Counted from the stretch's first letter, positions 31,276-41,515 are shown. The stretch: DNA of 64,000 nucleotides from an uncultured Thermoproteaceae archaeon (GCA_964575955.1 CAZNTG010000006.1:160001-224000), one strand, 5' to 3'. A program made the numbers and translations. The notes: a model not told the origin generated them from the letters alone.

Positions 31276-31578
31276 CTAGCTCGTGCTTTCTCCGTACTTT
31301 TCTAGAATCTCTATGGCTTTCCTAAGTAGCTGAAGTATTCTATCGTCAGATATTACTGAGGCAAATCCCATAACTTTAACAGTTATTGGTCCTGGTCCTT
31401 TAGCAATAGCCGCTGCCACTGCTGGATAACCTGTTAGTGTAGAGCTTAAACTAACACGATCTATAAGTTGAGACAAAAGATCTCTGATAGTTCTAAGTAC
31501 TTCCTCAGAGACTTTTCCACTCTCAACTTGTTTCATTTTCTCCTCAAGTTGCTTAATTACTTGAGGACAAGTGTACAT
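31276..31578 (-). CDS. Hypothetical protein
   Basis: ~100 aa ORF (MYTCPQ...), tightly coupled to its neighbours. Confidence 0.6.
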   Translation of the reverse strand: MYTCPQVIKQLEEKMKQVESGKVSEEVLRTIRDLLSQLIDRVSLSSTLTGYPAVAAAIAKGPGPITVKVMGFASVISDDRILQLLRKAIEILEKYGESTS

Positions 31579-31579
31579 T

Positions 31580-31908
31580 CTAATCAAGTACCACTTTTTC
31601 TCCTTTACAAACGTTGCGGTTTAGTAGTCTGACATACTTGTTGATTATAACAGGCGCAGCTGGTGCAAAAAGACCGAATGAGATAATGGTCAGAAAGATT
31701 GCAGTACCAACACCTTCCCAATAGGACTTTACTATTCCTAGTTTCTCAAGTTTCTCGAGAACTTTCTTGTGCTTCGCAGAAACAGCTAGACTCTCCCAAG
31801 GTAAGTATCCATCTCTACAAAGCTTATCTAGTATCTCAGCTACATCTTTGCTTCTTCCTCATTACGGCTCCTCGAGACAACGTGTATTACTTCAGTTACC
31901 TCTACCAT
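31580..31908 (-). pseudogene. wHTH-like protein with a hydrophobic insertion, frameshifted near 31848
   Basis: MVEVTEV...EEEAK, then frame change to DVAEILDKLCRDG...VLEKLEKLGIVKSYWEGVGTAIFLTIISFGLFAP... Confidence 0.55.
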
Positions 31909-32031
31909 GGTCACTAATACCCATGTACTTTATCAGGAGTACGTGATAACCTTCATCGTCACACCAGGTAGCTTCTATGGAACACATTATTAGAAGTGAT
32001 TGCTTTCTATTTAGTAATATGCTGTTACAAC

Positions 32032-32349
32032 TCATAATTGTACCTCTCCCAGATTATAGTCATGTAGTTTCACTCTCTTCAACCCTCCTCTCGCTAATGT
32101 AGGTGGATCCCTGTATTCTGTCGCTGGTGCAAAATCTGTTGGCGCAGTACGTAAGTATACCTCTAGATCAAGTTGTGCAATATCAGGATTTGAAGTTCTC
32201 TTAAGATTTGGCACTGCTACCATCTCAACTATCTGATTGTCTAAATATTCTTGCGAAATTGATATTACAGGATAGTTAGTACCTACCCATGCTTGTCCAA
32301 TAGTCTCACCTCTGTCTCTGAGGTATCTCTTATAGAGCGGCTCCATCAT
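32032..32349 (-). CDS. Hypothetical protein or gene fragment
   Basis: 105 aa ORF with natural-looking composition; no family recognised. Confidence 0.4.
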   Translation of the reverse strand: MMEPLYKRYLRDRGETIGQAWVGTNYPVISISQEYLDNQIVEMVAVPNLKRTSNPDIAQLDLEVYLRTAPTDFAPATEYRDPPTLARGGLKRVKLHDYNLGEVQL

Positions 32350-33009
32350 ATTTTTAGAAGGATTTCGTTAAATTAATATTTCGAGAAATCCTGGGTATGT
32401 ACGCAGACATACGTTAACTACCAACTACATATTACTGCACCTCACATAAGTGGTTTCACTAATATCTCATTACGGGACCGTTAATGAGAAAACCGTATCG
32501 TGCAAAGAATATCTTCTTCATGATACATGCAAGGACATTAGATACAATAAATGCTACTATTATCGGTATAGTTTTCTCGCCACGAAACAGGTCGACAAAA
32601 TGTAATCGAAAACAAGAACATTCTAAAGAGTGTATCACCAATCATCCTCTCGGGCGTGGCGTACAGCTCAGCCCTACTATCCTTACTTTAAAGCCAGAAA
32701 TCACAACTGATGTTATGAAAGATGCAAATACATAACCAAGAATAATAGCTACTTTATAAAGCATATAGAACTCCTGATAAGATAAGTCAAAAATCTTAGA
32801 CATCTGAAGACTTACATACACGAAAAGCACAGATAGAAAGAAGAAGGTTATAAAACATAAGATAGGCCTTACCAGGATACAACATGCAAGCATATATTTG
32901 TTACACACCATTATATCATTATGTAACTCGATCACATAAGTAATTAAATATTGCTAATTTCTCCGCATACTTCATTAATCTAGATTAATCCTTAAATTTC
33001 TTAGTTGTC

Positions 33010-33243
33010 TTGTCAAATGTAGTGGTCTCGGCCTGGATTAGTGTGGAGTGTGAGTGTGAGAACTGTGGTTATAAGCGAAGAAGCTCGCATGACGTAGAAA
33101 TTTGTGAAGAGACAAGGTCAGAGTGGTATGAGAAGTGTCCGAGGTGTGGTGGTAACATGAAATGTTACTCAGTATGTCACCCAGCAGATACAAGAGGCTT
33201 TATCGGTGGTTTTGGCGGTCTCAGTGCAGCACTAGGTCGATAG
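33010..33243 (+). CDS. Small zinc-ribbon protein
   Basis: CENCG ... CPRCGG pairs. Confidence 0.6.
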   Translation: MSNVVVSAWISVECECENCGYKRRSSHDVEICEETRSEWYEKCPRCGGNMKCYSVCHPADTRGFIGGFGGLSAALGR

Positions 33244-34400
33244 AGGAAAATCGGGCTAGATGGTGGATTGCTTTTTCTACTCTTAATCATGTATCCTTAC
33301 AGATAATAATACAGACATCAACAACATGAACAGACACCTCCATACACAATTATAAGTAAGATAACAAATTAAGGCTCAACCCCTCTCTCATTCCCTAGCA
33401 TGCATACCTTACCTAAAGAAAACAATTCCGTTCAAGTAAATACACAGAGTATTCAAAACCTTCCCTTAAGACAAATATAAACGATGGTCACGTAACGTGC
33501 GTAGTTCTTAATTTTTGAGTACTGCTCACTATGCTGTTAACTCTATCGAGGTCTGCTAATGAGATTATGTCCAAACTCACTAAATACACTACTAAGTCTG
33601 TGCGGCATAACAGGCTTCTCGTGCACGAGTCTAACTGTCTTTCTCAACTTCCTGATATGGTCACCTAGATCTACGTTCTTATCGCTATGCATCACGAACA
33701 CTATACCAGAGACAGCACTAACTATAGTCAGTGCCGTAGCTATTATTAAAGTACTCCACTTTTGCTTACCAGGTATCATCTATACTGCTACTTGCTCACC
33801 TATGAAAGCTGTGTAGACGTACGTGGTAAAGCTTCGACAGGACACTGAATTAAAGGTTTAGAAATCAATGCACATTATGATGACCGTTATTCATGCCTGT
33901 CCGCTTCTTGGACAACGACCACGACCTATAGAACGAGAAGACATTATGCTAAATAATTAACGCCATAAAATATGCATAATCATTACTCTACGATTTACCA
34001 CAATGAGGTATAGCTTGAATTATGTGTGATAACAACATTACCAGGATATGTGATCTAGGCGTGTAGAATATTAATGAGTAGAATACTCAATGTCAGTATG
34101 ATGGTCTCTAAATTATTAATTCTAGCTTCTCTTCTTTGTCTTTTTGTTAATCCATATAGTGTTGTTGTGCATTATGTGTTTTTAGGAGTTAGTCTGTGTG
34201 GTGTCTAATCATGCTGTATATGACGGTGATTGGTAATCTTATCATAAATTATGTGCTGTATAGGCAGTTAACCAGGTATAGTGTCTCTGGTTTCTTTTCA
34301 ATAATGAAGTATGTGCTTATACCATACACAATAACGTTCATTATTCCATTATCCGAGATAGGGTATATTGTTGCAAATATGAATACTAGCAAAATGCTTT

Positions 34401-34949
34401 ATGGTACTCCAAGACCAGAAGAAATACAGCTTAATTGACATGATTCAAGATCCTCGTAAATTCATGATAGTAGTCCAAGGCTATCTTCCTGAAGAGTACG
34501 CATTTTGCTGCGAGCTATACAAACGATATGGAATTGTAACAGCTAGAGTAGGGATTGGGTCACTATGCATTAGGAAATACTCAGAAAATGCAGTTCATGA
34601 AATTAAGACAATTCTAGAAACAGTTAAACAACATTTACCTTCACAGTGTAGATTACATGCATCTGGTCTAAACATTCGCTTCCTGAAGTACAGGGAAATC
34701 CTAGGACTAATACACAGTTCTGATTCTGCAGCATATGCACAAACATATACCAGGTATGGACGTATCAAGTTATTTGATCCTGAAACAGGTACGGTGAAAG
34801 AACTTGATGTTGTTAGAAATGGTGTAGTACAAAATGTAAGTAGATTAACAATATGGTTTTGGAACATTATGTCATTCTTGCTACATGTTATGTACATCAC
34901 ATCTAGTAATCAATCAACAATTCAGGAATCTTACATGATAGAACTATAA
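34401..34949 (+). pseudogene. C-terminal half of a DpdA/TGT-like (deazaguanine transglycosylase) protein
   Basis: VVQGY..EEY..C, VGIGSLC.R, LHASGL, SSDSAAY; no N-terminal DSGG motif found upstream. Confidence 0.65.
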
Positions 34950-34975
34950 GTCTTAGAGAAAAGATTGAGCATAAC

Positions 34976-35179
34976 GTGAATAAGAAAAGAAAGAAGAGAC
35001 ACAGATCCAGGAAGTACTTGATTGATCTTGTTATTCCTAAGGTACAGTATAGACTTCTCCTGAAGGTTGCTGAAGCGCTTGGATTATCGCTTGAAGATTT
35101 GATTATACGTAGTTTACAAGAGTACTATACATGCTATCTGATACCAGTAGTTATGAATACCACACAAATTAAACAATAA
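34976..35179 (+). CDS. Small RHH/CopG-like DNA-binding protein
   Basis: IDLVIPKVQYRLLLKVAEALGLSLEDLIIRSL strand-helix-helix pattern. Confidence 0.55.
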   Translation: MNKKRKKRHRSRKYLIDLVIPKVQYRLLLKVAEALGLSLEDLIIRSLQEYYTCYLIPVVMNTTQIKQ

Positions 35180-35218
35180 ACATATCAATATACATAACAC
35201 AAGAGAAGTTGAAAGAAC

Positions 35219-35443
35219 ATGAAGATAGTAGACACAACAGACAACCCATGGTTTGATGTTGGCGCAATTATTATTGAGTTAGATGAAGATGAACACCGCA
35301 TCCTGAAAAAATTTGCTAAAATTATAGGAAAAACAATATACGAAATCCTAGAAGATGCACTCTACTTGACACTAGGCAAGTACCTTGACAGGGTTATAAC
35401 ACTACAACAAGCAAAAACACTACCAACTTCAGGTACTGGATGA
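35219..35443 (+). CDS. Small RHH/CopG-like DNA-binding protein
   Basis: IIIELDEDEHRILKKFAKIIGKTIYEILEDAL pattern. Confidence 0.55.
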   Translation: MKIVDTTDNPWFDVGAIIIELDEDEHRILKKFAKIIGKTIYEILEDALYLTLGKYLDRVITLQQAKTLPTSGTG

Positions 35444-35749
35444 TGTGTCATGTAAAACATGGCTTAAAAACATGTAAAACACGAACCCACAATCTAACAA
35501 ATCACTCTACCAGATCCTCCAGGTCTTTGGTGTTTTGTTCTTGTTTTTGTGTTTAGGTTCTTCTATTCTTGTTATGTATAGGGGTGTGTTTTGTTGTTTT
35601 CTTTACGTATACGTTTTCTTTACGTTTACTTGCTGTGTATAAGATCAAGTATCTCTATGTTGGAAGTATTGGTGGAGGTTGTGTATATGTTGGTATTATG
35701 TTTGGTGTTGGTTTTTGGTTGTATTAAGTGTCTTGTATTGTCTTGAGAC

Positions 35750-36277
35750 ATGGTTAGTCGTGATGTTGTTGAGAAGATCCTGGAGTTGAGGCAACAGAGT
35801 TATAGTATTCGTGAGATTGCGAAACGTGTTGGTTTGTCTCATTCTACGGTTTGGAGGATTTTGAAGAAGATTGAGGATGAGCAGAATAAACGTAATGAAA
35901 CGTCTCAAAACAGTAACAATACAAGTATAATTGAACAAGAGCTTAAGCAACTACAAGCATTAACTCACTGTCTTATTGAACATGTTAAGACACTTGAAAA
36001 TAATGTTTCAATTCTGTCTTATGATGTTGAAGATCTCAAACTTTTCAGGTTTATGATACTTCAGGTTTCTAGATTACGTATTGAAGGTCCAGCACGTTGT
36101 AAATACATTGACGATTATGGTTACTATACTAAGATACTATTACCAGAATGCTTACCTGAAACTAAGTGCCTAGAAGTCATACTAAGTAATGGAACAAAGA
36201 TGTATAGACCAAAGGTACTCGATAATCCAATCATCTGTCTAGCATGTCCATACTACAAACCAAGAAAACTAATCTAA
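35750..36277 (+). CDS. HTH + coiled-coil + Cys-rich domain protein
   Basis: SIREIAKRVGLSHSTVWRIL HTH; C-terminal CKYID...CLACPYY. Confidence 0.75.
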   Translation: MVSRDVVEKILELRQQSYSIREIAKRVGLSHSTVWRILKKIEDEQNKRNETSQNSNNTSIIEQELKQLQALTHCLIEHVKTLENNVSILSYDVEDLKLFRFMILQVSRLRIEGPARCKYIDDYGYYTKILLPECLPETKCLEVILSNGTKMYRPKVLDNPIICLACPYYKPRKLI

Positions 36278-36290
36278 TTAGGTAGGGGGC

Positions 36291-36605
36291 ATGGTTGGTC
36301 GTGAGAAAGTAATTGAGAAACAGCTTGATGATATTCGTAATCTTGTTATTGCAATTATTCTTGGTATAGTAATTTCTGTTCCAGCTATGGTATTTGTACA
36401 AGGTATAAAACCTGAACTTAAGATGCCATTTGTAGCGTATTGCATAGGTTTGTTAGTTATGGCGATCTCACTAGTTTATGTACTTAAAAGATCGTGTGAA
36501 GAATATAGTAGGGATCCAGGTATGATGCCGTATCTAGGAATCTATGCGATAGCAATTGTAGTGTTAGCATTAATTACGTTGATGATAGCGATGTTAGTAA
36601 CATGA
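36291..36605 (+). CDS. Small three-TM membrane protein
   Basis: Three hydrophobic segments; G-rich SD-like sequence upstream. Confidence 0.6.
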   Translation: MVGREKVIEKQLDDIRNLVIAIILGIVISVPAMVFVQGIKPELKMPFVAYCIGLLVMAISLVYVLKRSCEEYSRDPGMMPYLGIYAIAIVVLALITLMIAMLVT

Positions 36606-37337
36606 AGCGTAGGAAGGTTGAGCTTGATGAACATGATCTTCCTGTTATAATGGTAGGACTATTAGTGATATTGATAGTGCTGATCGTATAGTTACTTTAA
36701 CGTAGCTAGATGTAGCTGCTGAACTCATTTTGAATTAGTAATAACAATGTCAGGACTTATCATAATGATGCTGATAATACTATTCTAAAGTCATTGATGT
36801 TAAGTTTCAGGTATGCGACCTTATCTGAGTATCTTTGGTGCTGCTACAGTAGTAGGAATGGGATGTTTCAAAACATCTAATGTGATAAGTGTAATAACAT
36901 CATTCAACTACTATTCACGTATCTATCGTGAGTCCAATAGGTAACTTTTACGATAAACTATCAATTTTATATTTGTCATTATATTGAAGTATATATGTTT
37001 AGTATAGTGTTACTTAGAGAGTTATGTTTTTTACTAAGACGCTCGTAAAGAGTTTGTTAATACTGATATACTCTATTACTTTTTTATCAACTCTATTAAT
37101 CTTATGTAAGATTCTAGGTTTACCAATATGTAAACTTTTCTTCCCTGAAACTGTCCTTACCTATAACAGTGTATGATGTTTAATTTCGATGTAAGTTGTA
37201 TGCTTAAAAGGCATTAGCAGATGAGTTAGCCATGTTAGCATACCTCTGAAGGTTGCTAAGCTAAGTTAGTCTCCTACACGTGGTTTTAGATTAATTGTTA
37301 ATGATTGATGATACAGCTTTAAGTCTCGAGTTGCTAA

Positions 37338-38006
37338 TTGAAGGTTGTGAGGCTACTAGTAATATCTGATATACATGATAAGTATGAAAATGTTAAGAAG
37401 TTGAAGGATGTTGAGAGAGATATTACGATAGTACTTGGAGATTTTGTAGAATTTGGAAAACCAGATATTGAAACTGTTGTTAAGATATTGGAAGAACTTT
37501 CAAATCAAGGATTTACACTATACGTACCAGGTAATTGTGATCCTAGAGAATCAACACAAGAGTTAAATATTAAAAATACATTAAATATACATTGTAGATA
37601 TTATATAGTTGATGATTATGTTATTGTTGGTTTTGGAGGTTCAAATCCAACACCATTTAATACACCGTTAGAGTTTACTGAGAGTGAAATTGAGAGAGAT
37701 CTTGAGAAGACTATTCAGGAAGCGTTAGGTACAGGTAAGAAACTAATATTTGCATGTCATGCACCTCCAAGAGATACTGCAATAGATAAGATAGTTACAG
37801 GTGCACATGTTGGATCTATAAGTATTAGAAAGATGATTGAAAAATATAGACCAATAATTGGACTTCATGGACATATTCATGAAGCTTTAGGTATGGAGAA
37901 GATTGGAGAAAGTCTTATACTAAATCCAGGACCATTACTATGGGGTAGATATGCTATTCTAGATGTTAAGAATGGTAAGATATCGATAACCTTCACATCA
38001 CTATGA
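37338..38006 (+). CDS. Metallophosphoesterase (Icc/calcineurin-like)
   Basis: SDIH, LGD, PGNCD, HAPP, GHIHE motifs. Confidence 0.9.
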   Translation: MKVVRLLVISDIHDKYENVKKLKDVERDITIVLGDFVEFGKPDIETVVKILEELSNQGFTLYVPGNCDPRESTQELNIKNTLNIHCRYYIVDDYVIVGFGGSNPTPFNTPLEFTESEIERDLEKTIQEALGTGKKLIFACHAPPRDTAIDKIVTGAHVGSISIRKMIEKYRPIIGLHGHIHEALGMEKIGESLILNPGPLLWGRYAILDVKNGKISITFTSL

Positions 38007-38052
38007 TGAGACTACGGGATCTGAATTAGATGTTGATAGCGGCCTCTGCTGA
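38003..38052 (+). ncRNA. C/D box guide sRNA overlapping the upstream stop codon
   Basis: ATGATGA - GACTACGGGAT - CTGA - ATTAG - ATGTTGA - TAGCGGCCTCTG - CTGA. Confidence 0.85.
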
Positions 38053-38096
38053 GAAATAACCTATAAATTCTCAATATATGCTAATTTGAAGTATTT

Positions 38097-39311
38097 ATGG
38101 AAAATAGTGAGAGAATATTCTACATAGCTAAGGAAGATGAAGTTATTAGTGGAGAGGTCACTGACATATATTTTAAGAGAACTGTAGAAGTATTGAAGGC
38201 TGCAGGTCTTGAAAATGTTAAGGTAAGAGCAGAATTTCACGTAACATCACTACCACGTGGATATAGATGGGCAATCTTTGCAGGGTTGAAAGAGGTTGTA
38301 AATCTTATTCTTAAAGCAAATTTAAAAGTAACACTATACTCACTACCTGAAGGTACAATATTCTTCGAAGATGAACCACTTATGGTTATTGAAGGAAGGT
38401 ATGTAGATTTTGCAGTATATGAGACACCTATACTAGGCATACTTAGACACTACTCATCAATAGCTACAAAAGCTGCAAGAATAAAGAAAGCTGCTGGAGA
38501 TAAGATAGTACTATTCTTTGGTGCACGTGCTGTACATCCAATAATACAGCCAATGGTTGATAGAGCAGCATATATAGGTGGTTGTGATGCTGTTGCAAAT
38601 GTAGTAGGTGCAAAATTGATAAATAAGGAACCTGTAGGAACAATGCCACATGCATTGATGATAATATTTAGACAGGTATATGGTGACCATACACTAGCAT
38701 GGTCATGGTTTGATAAGACACTTCCAGAAAATATACCAAGAATAGTTCTTGTAGACACATTCTACGATGAGAGAGAAGAGACAATACTAGCAGTAAAACT
38801 TCTAGGAAATAAGTTGAGAGGTGTTAGACTTGACACTCCAGGTAGTAGAAGAGGAAATATGAAGAAAATTGTTAAAGAAGTTAAATGGATGTTAAAACTG
38901 TTAGGTAGAGAAGATGTTAAAATTGTTGTTAGTGGTGGTCTTGATGAAGAAGCTATTAAAGAGCTTAGAGAATTAGTAGACATATTTGGTGTTGGTACAT
39001 CAATAGCATTTCCACCAAGCATAGATATTAGTATGGATATAGTTGAAGTATATGATGAAAAACTTGAAGAATGGATACCAATAACTAAGAGAGGTAAGTT
39101 ACCAGGATTTAAACAAGTATATAGATGTTTAGAAGAGATGAAGGATGACGTAAAGCCATGGAATGAGAAGTCAACCATGACATGTAGATCTGGAGAACCA
39201 AAACCACTAATGTTGAAGTATGTTGAAGATGGTAAACTTGTTAGAGATTTACCATCAGATGATGAAATTAGAAGATACGTCTTAGAGCAGTTGAAATATG
39301 TAGAACTTTAA
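38097..39311 (+). CDS. pncB: Nicotinate phosphoribosyltransferase
   Basis: TDIYF, FGAR, GTMPHA, LVDTF, GVRLDTP, VSGGL, FGVGT. Confidence 0.93.
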   Translation: MENSERIFYIAKEDEVISGEVTDIYFKRTVEVLKAAGLENVKVRAEFHVTSLPRGYRWAIFAGLKEVVNLILKANLKVTLYSLPEGTIFFEDEPLMVIEGRYVDFAVYETPILGILRHYSSIATKAARIKKAAGDKIVLFFGARAVHPIIQPMVDRAAYIGGCDAVANVVGAKLINKEPVGTMPHALMIIFRQVYGDHTLAWSWFDKTLPENIPRIVLVDTFYDEREETILAVKLLGNKLRGVRLDTPGSRRGNMKKIVKEVKWMLKLLGREDVKIVVSGGLDEEAIKELRELVDIFGVGTSIAFPPSIDISMDIVEVYDEKLEEWIPITKRGKLPGFKQVYRCLEEMKDDVKPWNEKSTMTCRSGEPKPLMLKYVEDGKLVRDLPSDDEIRRYVLEQLKYVEL

Positions 39312-39658
39312 GACTTTCTCTTCGGTATAGTGCATATAAATATTGCTGTCTCATCACCAACATTTACATATTCATGAGGAACGTTCGGTGGTATGTATAT
39401 TGCATATCCTTCAGAAACTATCCACTCTTCATTACCAATAATAACCTTAACCTTACCTTTCAATACGTAGATCTCATGTTCCCAAGGATGTTCATGTCTT
39501 GGAATAACACCTCCGGGATCAACTTCAAAAAGTCTCATTAAGTATGTCGGTGCATCATTTTCACCAATTAGAACTCTCATTCTAACTCTTCTATTATCAG
39601 GAAATGGGTATGTAACATCAACCTGACTATAATGTACAATCTTTGGCTTATCCATCAC
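39308..39658 (-). CDS. Cupin domain protein
   Basis: PRHEHPWEHEIYVLKG and IPPNVPHEY cupin motifs. Confidence 0.9.
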   Translation of the reverse strand: MMDKPKIVHYSQVDVTYPFPDNRRVRMRVLIGENDAPTYLMRLFEVDPGGVIPRHEHPWEHEIYVLKGKVKVIIGNEEWIVSEGYAIYIPPNVPHEYVNVGDETAIFICTIPKRKS

Positions 39659-39990
39659 CTCACCTTAGATCCTACAGGTACTTCATCTTCATTATCAACT
39701 TTAAGTAGGTATGGTTTACCATTAACATCAGCTGCAAGTAACATTCCCTGAGACTCATATCCAAATATTTTTCTAGGTTCTATATTTGCTAATACTACAA
39801 CCTTTCTATTTACCAAATCTTCAGGTCTATATCTATCAGCTATACCAGCAACAATCTGCCTTATATCACCATTACCTAGATCAACTTTAAGAAGTAGTAG
39901 TTTTCTAGAACCTTCAATCCTACTTGCCTCAAGAACCTTTCCAACTCTAATATCTAACTTTGAAAAATATTCATAACTTATCTTCTCCAT
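39655..39990 (-). CDS. tRNA-binding OB-fold protein (Trbp111/CsaA/MetRS C-terminal-like)
   Basis: MEKISYEYFSKLDIRVG, RQIVAGI, ESQGMLLAA; the ORF-track N-terminal extension is antisense to thiI. Confidence 0.88.
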   Translation of the reverse strand: MEKISYEYFSKLDIRVGKVLEASRIEGSRKLLLLKVDLGNGDIRQIVAGIADRYRPEDLVNRKVVVLANIEPRKIFGYESQGMLLAADVNGKPYLLKVDNEDEVPVGSKVR

Positions 39991-40048
39991 CTTACAGAGA
40001 GTTGAGAAAGGGTATAATAAGGATAACTCATAGACTAGACATAACATA

Positions 40049-41515
40049 ATGAGAAATGTAGTACTTGTAAGATATGGAGAAATTGCTGTAAAATCTTGGA
40101 GAATTAGAAAACAACTTGAGAAATTACTAGTAAGAAATATATTACAAGGATTAAAACTTGAAAATCTTGAAGATATTGTAGATTTAAGATTAGAGGAAGG
40201 TAGGATATTAATATATGTCAACGATATGTCAAAGATAGAAAATATTCTAAAAATCTTAAGTAGAATCTTTGGAATTAAATCAATATCACCAGCAATTGAG
40301 ATAGAATTTAGAAATTTAGATGATATTGTTAAGATATGTGAAAATTATTGGAAAGACACTGTTAGAGATAGAACATTCGCTATTAGATGTAGGAGAGTTG
40401 GTAAACATGAATTTACTAGTAAAGACGTGGAGAAAGTTGTAGGTGAAGCTCTTAGAAAATATGCAAAAAGAGTAGATTTAGAAAATCCTGAAATTGAAAT
40501 ATTTATAGAAATTAGAAATAATAGAGCATACATATATGATAAGATTATTGAAGGACCTGGAGGATTACCACTAGGTTCAGAAGGTAAGGCATTAGCATTA
40601 GTGTCAGGAGGTTTTGACTCACCAGTAGCTGCATGGTTAGTAATGAAGAGAGGTGTTATTGTAGATTTTCTAACAGTATCACTTGCAGGCGAGCTAGATC
40701 TACTACCTGCTTTGAAAGTTATCTTAAAATTATGTAAAGATTGGTGTATTGGATATAGACCAAAGATATACATTGTACATGCTGAAGATCTTGTAAATGA
40801 AATTCGTAAAAAAGTGAAGATAGAACTTTGGAATGTAGTATATAAGAGATGTCTATACTACATAGCTGATTACATATGTAGAAACTACAGATCGTATAGA
40901 GCTATAGTTACAGGTGACGTTATTGGTCAAGTATCAACACAGACATTAGATAACCTATACAGCACATCTATAGGAATAACAACTCCAATAATTAGACCAT
41001 TAGCAGGATTTGATAAAGATGATATAATACAACTATCTAAGAAGATAGGAACATATGAATTAAGTATTGAAGTATCTGAATATTGTGCAATATTTTCAGA
41101 AAAACCAAAAACTTGGACAACACCTGAAGAAGTAGATTTAGAATTTTATAAAGTTAAGAGATGTCTAGATAACATAGTCAGAAACAATATTGAAGAAGTT
41201 AATATAGAAGTAGTAGAAACAATAATAAGATCTATAGAAAGTAAAGTTAAAGATATAGATATAGAAACTATAGATAGTGTAGATCATAGAGCAATATTAC
41301 TAGATGTAAGACCTAGAAAAGATTTTAAATTAAAGATAAGTAACAGTAATATTCAAGTTGTTGAAACTAACATTGATGAAGTTTTTAAGGTAGTTGAGAA
41401 GTATGGTAAAGAACCTACATACCTCATATATTGCAAATCTCCACTGGTATCAAGATATGTTGCTTTAAAACTTAGAGAACAGGGATATAATGCCTATAGT
41501 GTGTTAAGAATTTAA
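40049..41515 (+). CDS. thiI: tRNA 4-thiouridine synthase with C-terminal rhodanese-like domain
   Basis: RYGEIAVK, THUMP domain, GPGGLPLG, SGGFDSPVA, GQVSTQT, LLDVR...YC. Confidence 0.92.
   Translation: MRNVVLVRYGEIAVKSWRIRKQLEKLLVRNILQGLKLENLEDIVDLRLEEGRILIYVNDMSKIENILKILSRIFGIKSISPAIEIEFRNLDDIVKICENYWKDTVRDRTFAIRCRRVGKHEFTSKDVEKVVGEALRKYAKRVDLENPEIEIFIEIRNNRAYIYDKIIEGPGGLPLGSEGKALALVSGGFDSPVAAWLVMKRGVIVDFLTVSLAGELDLLPALKVILKLCKDWCIGYRPKIYIVHAEDLVNEIRKKVKIELWNVVYKRCLYYIADYICRNYRSYRAIVTGDVIGQVSTQTLDNLYSTSIGITTPIIRPLAGFDKDDIIQLSKKIGTYELSIEVSEYCAIFSEKPKTWTTPEEVDLEFYKVKRCLDNIVRNNIEEVNIEVVETIIRSIESKVKDIDIETIDSVDHRAILLDVRPRKDFKLKISNSNIQVVETNIDEVFKVVEKYGKEPTYLIYCKSPLVSRYVALKLREQGYNAYSVLRI

Larger units (their letters stand above)
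22430..37300. mobile_element. Decayed accessory island (boundaries approximate; no integrase or transposase seen)
   Basis: Coding density falls abruptly; many small, frameshifted or orphan ORFs, repeats and compositional patches between two intact divergent core genes. Confidence 0.65.

Noticed and set aside
22430-37300. CRISPR array or TIGR-like short-repeat array in the island
   Set aside because: No regularly spaced 24-40 nt repeats, and no cas or Nop-domain gene seen; the 110-bp repeats are too long, too few and too divergent
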